Assembly (NCBI GenBank): GCA_964430885.1
Contig: CAYSHM010000002.1
Coordinates: 77,009 to 141,008, forward strand
DNA from: an uncultured archaeon
GTDB lineage: Archaea > Thermoplasmatota > Penumbrarchaeia > JASLWR01
Reading direction: 5' to 3'
Length of the DNA stretch: 64,000 nucleotides
Made by a program: the position numbers and the translations under genes
Shown here: piece by piece, positions 1 through 9,400 of the stretch
Layout: each line of letters starts with the position of its first letter
How positions within the stretch are numbered: position 1 is the stretch's first letter
The notes under the pieces: generated by a model
Database searches by the model: none
What the model saw: the letters and a program-made list of their open reading frames with translations, nothing else
Told to the model about the DNA's origin: nothing

Positions 1-710
1 GAAGGCTTCCGCAGCCATTTCGGATCTGAATTGTCAGGGTACTCGGTCACTACAGCACCGTTGACCGATCTGAAATCAAAGTTGCCTTTTGGAGATATGA
101 ATTCACCAGTAATGCTGTTTATTGGGAAAACATAACATCTGCTTAAAGGGATATCTTCATTTCCAAGAAGGGTGATCCTGAAGGGCCGTGATAGGCTCTG
201 GGTGATGGTCAATTCATATTCCGGAGAAAGTGAATTATTTATCTGGTAACCTGTCAAATTGGTTTCCAGCCACTCAGTCATTATGTTTACTGATCTGTTG
301 TAATTTGATTTAATAAGTATGGTTCCAGGTCCATCGACGTATTCTTGTTCAAGACCATAATAATCATAAAATGTATTTGGAGAAATGGTAGGATTAGGGT
401 AAGAAAATGAAACTGACCAGAATTCTCCTTCGTTGCCAACACCCAGTGATCCTGGAGGAATTGTGATTTTGGTTGAATAACCGGAGAATTCTCCCATTCT
501 TTCTAGGGTTTCAATGGAATTATCAATCTCGAACATTAGACCCTTCATGCTCTCGTACTGGTTGGTAGCCTCATAATCCTCAATGACTGGAGTACCCCAT
601 AGAAGAACGGTGGAAATCATTGTTAACATAAGGAGCAGTATCAACAATGTACTGACAATAGGTGAAACCCCTGAGTTATCCTTGAATCTTCTATTATCTA
701 TAGATATCAA
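1..710 (-). CDS. Archaeal type IV pilin-like protein with class III signal peptide (3' end runs off the window)
   Basis: Not in the ORF track. TTG at 710 after a GGGGGA RBS reads MISIDNRRFKDNSG|VSPIVSTLLILLLMLTMISTVLLWGTPVIEDYE, i.e. a short charged leader, G|VSP cleavage site and hydrophobic helix. No stop seen in the stretches translated. Confidence 0.75.
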   Translation of the reverse strand, partial: MISIDNRRFKDNSGVSPIVSTLLILLLMLTMISTVLLWGTPVIEDYEATNQYESMKGLMFEIDNSIETLERMGEFSGYSTKITIPPGSLGVGNEGEFWSVSFSYPNPTISPNTFYDYYGLEQEYVDGPGTILIKSNYNRSVNIMTEWLETNLTGYQINNSLSPEYELTITQSLSRPFRITLLGNEDIPLSRCYVFPINSITGEFISPKGNFDFRSVNGAVVTEYPDNSDPKWLRKP

Positions 711-997
711 TATTCCCCCGCTGCATTGGATATGTGAGTCATTATGGTTATTGTTCTTATCTAACAGATTGACCAATATAACATAGAATTGAATGTTTTT
801 AAGTCTTTGTAGTTTATTATTATATTGATTTTAAGATAAGTAATTTTGCCCCTTGGTATTGGATTTATAACCATAAAACCATGATGGAAAAAAACATAGT
901 TACAGTTTTGTTTGAGCAGGCTAATAGAACTAATCATTAGCTCAAGAAAAAGACAGAAGGAAAATTTTATATTCATTTCAAAAAGAATTGCAGTCTT

Positions 998-1026
998 AAA
1001 AAAAAAAATGGGAGGACAAGCCTCCC
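998..1026 (-). terminator. Hairpin plus T-tract terminator downstream of the Ca-binding repeat gene
   Basis: GGGAGG-acaag-CCTCCC (1010-1026) with an A-run at 998-1008, which is a U-tract on the minus strand, about 20 nt after the stop at 1047. Confidence 0.65.
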
Positions 1027-1046
1027 TATTGGATTAATCACCCGGT

Positions 1047-2597
1047 TCAATAAACCGTGATCCATGAATTCTCATACATGAAGGTCCCCGGTTCATCGAC
1101 CACACATTTGACTGAAATTGCCACTGCACCAGCAAGGATACTGTCAGGGATGGTTACTGTCACATCCTGACTGAAGTACCTCATGTTGCCATTTATTCTC
1201 TTCACATGAGTTACATCTGTCCAAGCAGTTTTTGTAGCAATAATTCCCTCTTCCACTTCATCATCCTCAGTTCCAGGTATATTATCTGGACCATAGGATG
1301 TCTGATTGAAATAAATCGATATATTTATAGGCCCCCAACTGAAAGGATCCTCACTAAATATCTCGGGAAATTCAGGAGTGGAACTATCGTCCTCTAATCC
1401 AAGTTCGATATTCATAGTGATCATCTCACCTTTCCTAAGCACTATTTCATTTTCACCCCCGTCTCCTTCAATGGCAATTCCGTTTATTGAATTGACATAG
1501 AGTTCAGTATCAAACCGGTCATCATATTCAAGTGGGTGAGGGTCAATACCATCATGCATACCGTCATCATCCGTATCTGGATCAGTGGGGTCGGTGCCTA
1601 TTTGGGTCTCTTCCCAATCGGTCAGAGTGTCTCCATCAGTATCAGCATCATTTGGGTCAGTTCCGGTGAGGTATTCCTCCAGATTGGTAAGTCCGTCACC
1701 ATCATTGTCGTGGGTGGCGTCGCTGGGATCCATGGGATCTAAACCATGTGCCTGTTCCCATCCGTCAGGCATTCCGTCATTATCTGAATCCTGGTCCATA
1801 GGGTCAGTCCCTTCTTCGCCGTTCTCACCTCCGTCCCCCCATTCCTCGCCATCGCTTAATCCATCTCCATCGGTATCGGGATTGTTGGGGTCCGTGCCTG
1901 CTTCCATCTCCTCGCCATCGCTCATTCCATCCCCATCGGAGTCGGCATTCCCAGGATCGGTTCCCATTTGACCTTCCATGCCGTTGGAGATTCCGTCTCC
2001 GTCGGAATCGGCAGTGGGATTTCCAGGTTCTTGTGAATCTGGAATTCCGTTACCATTGAAATCACCTTCGCCTCCGGTTCCACCTTCACCTATTCCATCG
2101 TTGGACATGTCGTCGCAGGGATATGGGTCATCGGGATCAAGTATTCCATCACTGTCGGTGTCACCATTTAGTGGATTTGTTGGCGTCCATCGCCCATCTG
2201 CATCTAATCTGTAGTATTCATCGTGGTTCGTATATGGTGTGCTGCATTCAATTCCCTGCGCCATGTCCTCACCGGGATTCCCCGGCATCGTATGGTGGTC
2301 GTAATCCCTGTCAGCATCCGTGGGGTCGGTAGGATCTAGTCCCATTCTTCCAAAGGTCGCCCTGCTGAAAAGTATCTCCCATCCGTCAGGCAGTCCATCA
2401 TTATCTGAATCAGGATTGTTTGGGTCTGTGCCCCATTCAAATTCCTGCACGTTCGATACGCCGTCATTATCAGGGTCGGCGTATGAATCTCCCTCGTTAA
2501 GAGGGTCAGTCCCCGTCACCGCAAGTACAAAAAACATTCCGGAAAAGCTAGCGAGGATCACTAATGATCCTACTATTATTGCTATTCTTTTATCCAT
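1047..2597 (-). CDS. Secreted or membrane-anchored Ca-binding repeat protein (thrombospondin type 3-like DxDxDG repeats)
   Basis: N-terminal hydrophobic helix; about 11 repeats of TDPxxxD(S/T)DxDGxxDGxE; beta-rich C-terminal domain; GGAGGTG RBS. Confidence 0.85.
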   Translation of the reverse strand: MDKRIAIIVGSLVILASFSGMFFVLAVTGTDPLNEGDSYADPDNDGVSNVQEFEWGTDPNNPDSDNDGLPDGWEILFSRATFGRMGLDPTDPTDADRDYDHHTMPGNPGEDMAQGIECSTPYTNHDEYYRLDADGRWTPTNPLNGDTDSDGILDPDDPYPCDDMSNDGIGEGGTGGEGDFNGNGIPDSQEPGNPTADSDGDGISNGMEGQMGTDPGNADSDGDGMSDGEEMEAGTDPNNPDTDGDGLSDGEEWGDGGENGEEGTDPMDQDSDNDGMPDGWEQAHGLDPMDPSDATHDNDGDGLTNLEEYLTGTDPNDADTDGDTLTDWEETQIGTDPTDPDTDDDGMHDGIDPHPLEYDDRFDTELYVNSINGIAIEGDGGENEIVLRKGEMITMNIELGLEDDSSTPEFPEIFSEDPFSWGPINISIYFNQTSYGPDNIPGTEDDEVEEGIIATKTAWTDVTHVKRINGNMRYFSQDVTVTIPDSILAGAVAISVKCVVDEPGTFMYENSWITVY

Positions 2598-2658
2598 TTT
2601 ATAACACCTCCGTTTTTTTCTATAATAAACAAATTCTTTTAATGGTATTTAACAATTG

Positions 2659-2740
2659 TAGGACGATGTTCGAACCCAATTAGAACAATATTCGAAATCA
2701 ATTAGAACGATTTTCGAATTAAACTAGGACGATTTTCGAA
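2659..2740. repeat. Four direct repeats TAG(A/G)AC(A/G)ATnTTCGAA with an exact 22-bp period
   Basis: Copies start at 2659, 2681, 2703 and 2725: TAGGACGATGTTCGAA, TAGAACAATATTCGAA, TAGAACGATTTTCGAA, TAGGACGATTTTCGAA. Confidence 0.9.
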
Positions 2741-2837
2741 CAATGCTAGTTGAAAGTGAAAAGAAAATGTGTGTTTAGGTAAGAATCCTTGTCCAAAACA
2801 GTAGAGTAAGATATATCTTCTAGAAAATTTAGGGTTT

Positions 2838-2851
2838 GAACAATATTGTTC
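2838..2851. promoter_or_regulatory. Perfect 14-bp palindrome GAACAATATTGTTC, putative operator
   Basis: Self-complementary. On the minus strand it reads TAGAACAATATT, identical to the first 12 nt of repeat copy 2. Confidence 0.55.
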
Positions 2852-2907
2852 TATGAATTCGCAAGAATCCTGGAAGGTTTTAATATCCAAAGGGCGATAA
2901 TCATCAT

Positions 2908-3735
2908 ATGGACCTTATTCAAACGCTGGTTTTCTCTTTCTTCTTTGTGGGTGTGGCCAGGGGCACCGCAGTATGTACATTTATCTGCGGGGCGGGAATA
3001 GTTCCATATATTGTCCTCGGAAAGAAAAATCCCGCACAGGCTTTCAAAATCTCATTTCTTTTCAGTCTGCCGAGAATCATCTTTTTGACCATTCTGGGAA
3101 TAGTGATTGGTGCTGTTAGCTACGGGCTGAACAGCTTATCATCAGCTCTAGTATATCTTCAAAACGGAGTTTATATCCTGTATGCATGTATTTTGATTAT
3201 TGCAGGATTCTATTTATTTGCAAGATCTATGGAGGAGCATCACCGATACAATCAAAAGGATCTCTGCAGTTCCGACAAATCACCCGTCCGACCCTGTGAA
3301 AAAAACTGCAGCAGTAGTGGTAACTCCATTACCGCTGGTAAATACAAGAAAGAAAAAAAGAATTCATTTTTCAGCGGAATAAGGGGCCGGATATTCAATA
3401 TCGATGGGAAAAGAGAGAATTATTCACTTCTAATAATGGGTTCCCTCTTGGGCGTTGGATGTCTAACGGAAATGGTTTTTCTGGAAGGGAGTCTTTTGAC
3501 AGGTCTATTGATTTCAACAAAATACAACATTACTAGGATGATGCTTTTGGGAGCTTCAGGGATGTTTCTTTTTGCTCTTGGATTAAGTTTCCCTCTAATA
3601 ACAATCTCAACCCTTAGCGCAAAGATTTTTTCAAAGATTGATTCCTATAAAGGCATGAACTATTTCAGAATGATATCATCCATATTCATGATGACCATTG
3701 GTGTATTTGTTTTATTTCTTGTTTTGGTTTTTTAA
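2908..3735 (+). CDS. Integral membrane protein, CcdA/DsbD-like transmembrane family
   Basis: About six hydrophobic helices, Cys in TM1 (VCTFICG) and a later TM (GVGCL), and an FALGLSFPL motif typical of DsbD_2/CcdA-type proteins. Confidence 0.6.
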   Translation: MDLIQTLVFSFFFVGVARGTAVCTFICGAGIVPYIVLGKKNPAQAFKISFLFSLPRIIFLTILGIVIGAVSYGLNSLSSALVYLQNGVYILYACILIIAGFYLFARSMEEHHRYNQKDLCSSDKSPVRPCEKNCSSSGNSITAGKYKKEKKNSFFSGIRGRIFNIDGKRENYSLLIMGSLLGVGCLTEMVFLEGSLLTGLLISTKYNITRMMLLGASGMFLFALGLSFPLITISTLSAKIFSKIDSYKGMNYFRMISSIFMMTIGVFVLFLVLVF

Positions 3736-3796
3736 TACTATACCTAGCTTGGATTTTTCAAGTGAAGATATTAATTGAATTTGAATATTTGAACAT

Positions 3797-4612
3797 TTAC
3801 TCAGGTTTTCTAACAGGTATATTCGTAGGAACAAGTATGCCTCTTTTTGTATCTCTAAGTGTAGGCCGGAGCCGCCTTGTGATGTTAACCTCATGAGGAT
3901 CAATTTCAAAGATGATATGGTCCTCCTTGTAATATTCCCCTCTTTTTTTCAATTCACCTTTTGGCCCCCAACATTGACCACCACCCCAGAAGACCAGATT
4001 GTTCTGTTCCCCAAGAACATTTGAATAAATTGCATATGTAGTATTTTCAATAGCCCGAGCCGGGAGCACAGTTTCAAAGAATCTTTTGGTGTATGACGGC
4101 GAGGCTGAAATGCATATTATTCCATGGCATCCGTGTATCCCGTACTGTTTGGAAAGCTCGGGGAAAAAGATATCAAAACAGATCACAACACCAAATTTCA
4201 AACCTCCGATCTCGAAAATCATAATGTGATCGCCGCTCCTGAAATATCTAGCTTCTTCAAAAGGACCGAAGTTTGCCAAATGCCATTTATCATAAACAGC
4301 CATTTTACCGTCAGGCCCAATATACAGAGCGCTGTTGTAGAGAACCCCACCGATCACGGGATCCTTTCTCACTAAACCAAATAGGATTCCTTTATCATTT
4401 CCTCTGCATAAATCCCGAAGTTCATTTATAGGATCTTCGTTCAAATCCAGGGCCACATCATAAAAAAGTTCACCTATATTGTATCCAGATAAGAATATTT
4501 CCGGAAAAATTAGGAGGTCCGAGCTGCTTCTTTTAATCTCCTCCTTCATATTGATTAGATTTTTATCTATGTTTCCCAATTGGGATGGTATTTGAATTAT
4601 TTCAGTCAGCAT
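3797..4612 (-). CDS. Carbon-nitrogen hydrolase (nitrilase superfamily)
   Basis: E-K-C triad motifs IFPEIF, YDKWHL, VICFD, plus ARAIEN. Confidence 0.93.
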   Translation of the reverse strand: MLTEIIQIPSQLGNIDKNLINMKEEIKRSSSDLLIFPEIFLSGYNIGELFYDVALDLNEDPINELRDLCRGNDKGILFGLVRKDPVIGGVLYNSALYIGPDGKMAVYDKWHLANFGPFEEARYFRSGDHIMIFEIGGLKFGVVICFDIFFPELSKQYGIHGCHGIICISASPSYTKRFFETVLPARAIENTTYAIYSNVLGEQNNLVFWGGGQCWGPKGELKKRGEYYKEDHIIFEIDPHEVNITRRLRPTLRDTKRGILVPTNIPVRKPE

Positions 4613-4621
4613 ATAGACACC

Positions 4622-4897
4622 TCATTCTTCTTCGGTTTCCAGGGTATCTAGGTCCTCTTTCATGGTTTTCTCAACCAGTTCCTGATTTTCATTGACCAAT
4701 TGAGTTATTTTTAACTCAGCTTCCGCTAGGAGTTTATTCAGATATCCTGACAGTTTGATACCGTATTCAAAGGTAGAAAGGGATTGATCCAGGGTTATAT
4801 TTCCCTCTTCAAGGTTTTTCACTGTTCTTTCCAATTCGGTCATAGCTTCTTCAAAACTCAGCCTTTTTATCTTTTCGTCAATGGATGGGTCTACCAA
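4622..4897 (-). CDS. xseB: Exodeoxyribonuclease VII small subunit
   Basis: SFEEAMTELERTVKNLEEGNITLDQSLSTFEYGIKL...L..AELKI; abuts xseA. Confidence 0.95.
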   Translation of the reverse strand: MVDPSIDEKIKRLSFEEAMTELERTVKNLEEGNITLDQSLSTFEYGIKLSGYLNKLLAEAELKITQLVNENQELVEKTMKEDLDTLETEEE

Positions 4898-6445
4898 TTA
4901 ATTCCTCCTCCTTGTTTTTACGTTTGCAGTTAAGCTTGATCGTCTGAAGGTTATCTGAATTATATCCCCCGCATTGGTGCGGAAAGCATCTTTTATTATT
5001 TCCCCGTTTGCATCTTGGATCCGGGCATAACCTCTATCCAAAATGTTCCTGGGTGAAAGGGATCTCAATATGCCGAGGTTCTCCTTGAAGATACCCTTTG
5101 AGTCATTAATAATTTGTGTAACATTTCTGATAAGTTCTTTACTCAATGCAGCCAATCTATGGTCTGCCCATATCAATTCAGTATGGGGTCTGTTTCTGAA
5201 TAGTGCTTGGTTCAAATAACCCCATAGGTCCTTTTTTAATAGAAATCCTTGGTTAAAGAAAAGATCCAGTTCAAACTGCTTACTGTCAAGCCGATGTTTT
5301 GGTATATTCAAAGAATCCCGCGGTCGGCTTAAAAGGCGATGCTGACTGTATGCATTCAATCTTTCTTTCTCATTGACCAAGAGAGATCGGGATTCCCTGA
5401 TCAATCTATAATGGATCTCATCCAATTTCTGTCTTGGGTCGTATAATATTCTAACAGGATCTCTGAAGGACATGTGTTCTTTTAGGCTCTCCAATTTGAT
5501 CAGATAGTTTTCTCTCATGTTTAAAATGCTCAATTTTAGATTTTTTCCCGTTTTAACTATCCTGTCACTAAGTTCATTTTGATCAGGAACTGCCAATTCT
5601 GCTGCACCGGTCGGTGTCGGGGCCCGCAAATCAGATACGAGATCGGCCAAAGTGAGGTCTGTTTGATGTCCAATCCCTGTTATGACCGGTTTTTGGGAAT
5701 TGAAGATCTCCAATACTACTTTTTCCAGATTGAAAGCCCAGAGGTCTTCCAGAGAACCTCCTCCCCTGGCGAGGATTATTTCATCCAAATCATCCAGACC
5801 ATTCAGTTTTTGAAGGGAGGCGATGATTGATTCTTCTGCGTATATACCCTGTACTATGGCAGAGCACAGCACTATTTTCACCAAAGGGAATCTTCTTTTC
5901 AAGGTTTTTATTATATCCTGAAAGGCTGCGGTCCCGGCTCCGGTTATCACTCCGATTTTTCTGGGATAAGCAGGTAATGGTTTCTTGTGTTCATTATTGA
6001 AAAGACCCAGTTCTCTCAGTTTGCGCTTCAATCGTTCCAGTTCGTCATGCAGGGCGCCAATTCCATCTGGAAGTATATCTTTGACATATAGCTGATATTC
6101 TCCCCTTCCGGCATAAACACCGATATTCCCACTACAGATAACAGAAAGACCATCCTGAGGTTTGAATTTGAAGGTTCGGTTCATCTGCCTGAAACTTACA
6201 CATTTCAATTGGGAATCCTTACTCTTCAATTTGAAATACATGTGGCCAGTGGGCACATGATGATGAAAATTGGATATCTCTCCTCTAACATTGATGTCAT
6301 TAAGCTCTAGCTCTTTTTCTAATAAGTTCTTGATTCTAGTAGTAATTTCATCCACACTGATGATGTTCCGTGTTTTTTGTAGGTTGGAATCCGAGGGTCC
6401 TTCTCCCTTTTTTTCAACAGATTTATTAAAAGCGTAGAGATCCAT
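4898..6445 (-). CDS. xseA: Exodeoxyribonuclease VII large subunit
   Basis: OB fold (VRGEISNF, GHMYFKLK), ARGGGSLEDLWAFN, GIGHQTD, APTPTGAAE, LSPRNILDRGY. Confidence 0.96.
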   Translation of the reverse strand: MDLYAFNKSVEKKGEGPSDSNLQKTRNIISVDEITTRIKNLLEKELELNDINVRGEISNFHHHVPTGHMYFKLKSKDSQLKCVSFRQMNRTFKFKPQDGLSVICSGNIGVYAGRGEYQLYVKDILPDGIGALHDELERLKRKLRELGLFNNEHKKPLPAYPRKIGVITGAGTAAFQDIIKTLKRRFPLVKIVLCSAIVQGIYAEESIIASLQKLNGLDDLDEIILARGGGSLEDLWAFNLEKVVLEIFNSQKPVITGIGHQTDLTLADLVSDLRAPTPTGAAELAVPDQNELSDRIVKTGKNLKLSILNMRENYLIKLESLKEHMSFRDPVRILYDPRQKLDEIHYRLIRESRSLLVNEKERLNAYSQHRLLSRPRDSLNIPKHRLDSKQFELDLFFNQGFLLKKDLWGYLNQALFRNRPHTELIWADHRLAALSKELIRNVTQIINDSKGIFKENLGILRSLSPRNILDRGYARIQDANGEIIKDAFRTNAGDIIQITFRRSSLTANVKTRRRN

Positions 6446-6462
6446 TTTGTCAACTCGGCTTA

Positions 6463-9400
6463 TTATTCTTCATTTTCTGTTTCATTTTCGGGTGAAATTC
6501 CGTATATTTTTTCATATTCACGGCGTTTTTTCTCCTCGGGGTCTTCCTCTTCTTCCAGCTCTTTTTCCTTGTTGAAAATCCGTTTCCCATAGGTTCTGAA
6601 CAAAACAAACAATACAGTGATCAGGATAATTATCAAAGCTATGATGATGGCCCAGGTAAATAATGAATCGTCCTTGTTTTTATCATCACCATCACCCGTA
6701 CTCATATCGTTTTTATCCTTGTGCTGGACAACAATCTGTTTTGATATGGATACAATATTGCCTGTATCATCAAGGACAGTTAGATTTAAAGTATAATTGC
6801 CTGGCAGATCGAAAACATGGTTGAGTTCAATTCCCTTGAAAGTAAGGTTTTTGAAAAGATTGTTCCCGGATAGGACCCATGTATACTCTGTAATGAATCC
6901 ATCTTGATCAATGGAAGTAGACGCATTGAATACAACGCTTTCATTGGTGTAGGCAGTTGAAGGAGTTTGAGTGAAATCAGGGTAGGGTGCTCTGCTCTGG
7001 ATGAATATTTTTATATAGGCGAATCCCTGTGCCCCGTCATCATCAGTGACCCTGAAGGTAATATTATAATAGCCGGCTTTTTCAAATCTATGCCATTCCA
7101 CCAGTTTGTTGGAAGTATTGTTATCTCCAAAGTCCCAATGGAATCTCAGTTGGTCCAATTCATCATCAGGGTCTATAGTACTCTCTCCGGTGAATGTGAT
7201 AATATCATCCACTGTGAAGTTTACTGTTTCATTACCTACAAATTTTGGCAGATATTCTGGTGATGGTTTTGGTGCCATATTGTCCACATGAATGAATTCC
7301 CATAATGATATTTTTTCATTGGTGCTGTTGCCGAATAAATAGGATATATTCAGAGAGACATTGTACCATCTATCATCGGCGAATGACCAGTTAACACTTC
7401 TATTATGAATGATCGGGTTATCAGGATCATCGGCATCGAAATCCCAATCATACCTGATAATCGAATCGTGTGGGTCGTAAACAGTAGCCTGGAAATGGTA
7501 ATCTGTAGTTACATTACCTTCGCCAGGTGAATATTCCATTTCAACATTCGGTCTGGTTTTTATGATATCTATCAGGTGATCCTTTGAAGCACTAAGACCT
7601 TCGTTATCTAAAACAGTTAAGACCACCCAGTGTTCTCCAGGTTCCATATAGGTATGATTAATCCATTTTCCTGAGTGAATATTTCCATCACCCATATCCC
7701 ACGAATAGCTTGTAATTGCCCCTCCTTCGTCCTTGCTGGCCTCTCCGGAAAAAGCAATGTTTTGATAGGTCTTACCAACATCTGGCCCTGTAATACTAGG
7801 TTCAGGATATTCATTTACATGCAGGGGGAGGATAGCTGTGTTATTGCCTAAATGGAAGTCGAGATATTGCTGATCCAAAGACATGGATATTTCAATTATA
7901 TAATCTCCCTGTGAAAGAATAATTTTTTCCCAAGAAACCGGTGTTACCTCATTTTTCAGATCTATTGTAATGTTATTCTCATATATTATGGATGAATTAT
8001 TCAATGATCGAAGAGAAATTCCTACATTGGTATTTTTCACCTTATGCTCCTCGTGCTTTGATATCTTAGACAATATTGAAAATTCCTCTCCAGCAATTGG
8101 ATGTTCTGGTTGGATGAATATATCATCGATACCCACTCCTATATCCACATATTTTATTCCTATGTGACAGAATCTCACCTCTGATAGGAAAGGGCTCACT
8201 TCAGATGATAGCGGATTGCCTGTAATTGTTACTCTCAGTTGGATATGTCGTTCCGGTAGGAATTCCTCTCTAAATATGAACGCTTTTTCTTCCACTTTTG
8301 AGACTCCATCCCATCCATCCCAGTTTATTCCGTCACGGGATTCTCTGATTTCCACCGAAATACCACATCCTGGGTGAATAATATGATTGCCCAGCAGCTC
8401 TATATGCCAATCTCCTGTAGGTATTGGCCCCAAATCTATTGCTTCAAAAGTTATTCTACCACTATTTACTCGGCTATTATTCTGTAATGTAATATTATCC
8501 AAAAGGAGTGAGTATTTTTTAAAGGGGATTTCCATTTTGTCGTTGTGAGTGAAGAACTGTATATAGTCCAGCTGATCATGGTCAATGCCGGAAAGGTCAA
8601 TGGTAACATGCTGCCAATGATCCGCCATTGTTCCAGTGTTGCTAAACCTCCCCATCCTGTCGTACCAGCTCCCTCCTTCAAATCCCAGTTCAATATAGAA
8701 TTGGTTGAGACTGATCCCTCGGGATTTGCATTCAAATTGAAGGAGGTCGTATTCCTGCCAATCGGTGAGAATGAAAGAATTGCACTGTACCCTTGAATTG
8801 TAAAGTTCACTGATATTTTCATCATTTCTCCAGAAACTGAAGTTCAAAGCACCGGAACCTTCAACAAATCCATTCGGTGTATTTTCTACCGATATGCTGG
8901 AGTTCAATGACGGCTGGTTGCTGGGCAACCAATTGGAAGCGTCATCACAGTTGAGAAATCCAACAGGATCATATTCCATATCCAAAAGAAATCCGCCATC
9001 ACCTGACCACGATTTTACAAGGTTTTGGATCTCTATAATACCCATTCCATCATCACCATCATTGGAATCGAGATTTGACCAAGGTGATTCTTTGCCAATT
9101 GTTCCATTCAATGAATTATGCCAATATTCATATCCTCCCTGGCTGGATTCTATACTATTACCCAGGAAATTTCTCACTTTTACAAGAACGTCCTCTGAAA
9201 TTGTCATAGGATTATTCTGAAAAATGGAGGCTGGCTGTATGGCAGAAGCTACCGCTTCAGCGCTTGCTCTTCCGAATAGTTCGGAGTATTGATGTAAGTA
9301 TTCATAATCTTCCATCCCTTCTCTTGTAAGTTCTAATCTTATGCTTAGCACTACATCGTCATCGATATCGATCCAGGAAGCGGGATAGATAATATAACCG

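Noticed and set aside
583-976. Short ORFs 583-786 (+) and 761-976 (-)
   Set aside because: The first is antisense to the pilin-like gene; the second is AT-rich intergenic sequence with no RBS or motif.
2659-2740. CRISPR array interpretation of the 22-bp repeats
   Set aside because: Linkers are only 6 bp, repeats are 16 bp and degenerate, and no cas genes are present.
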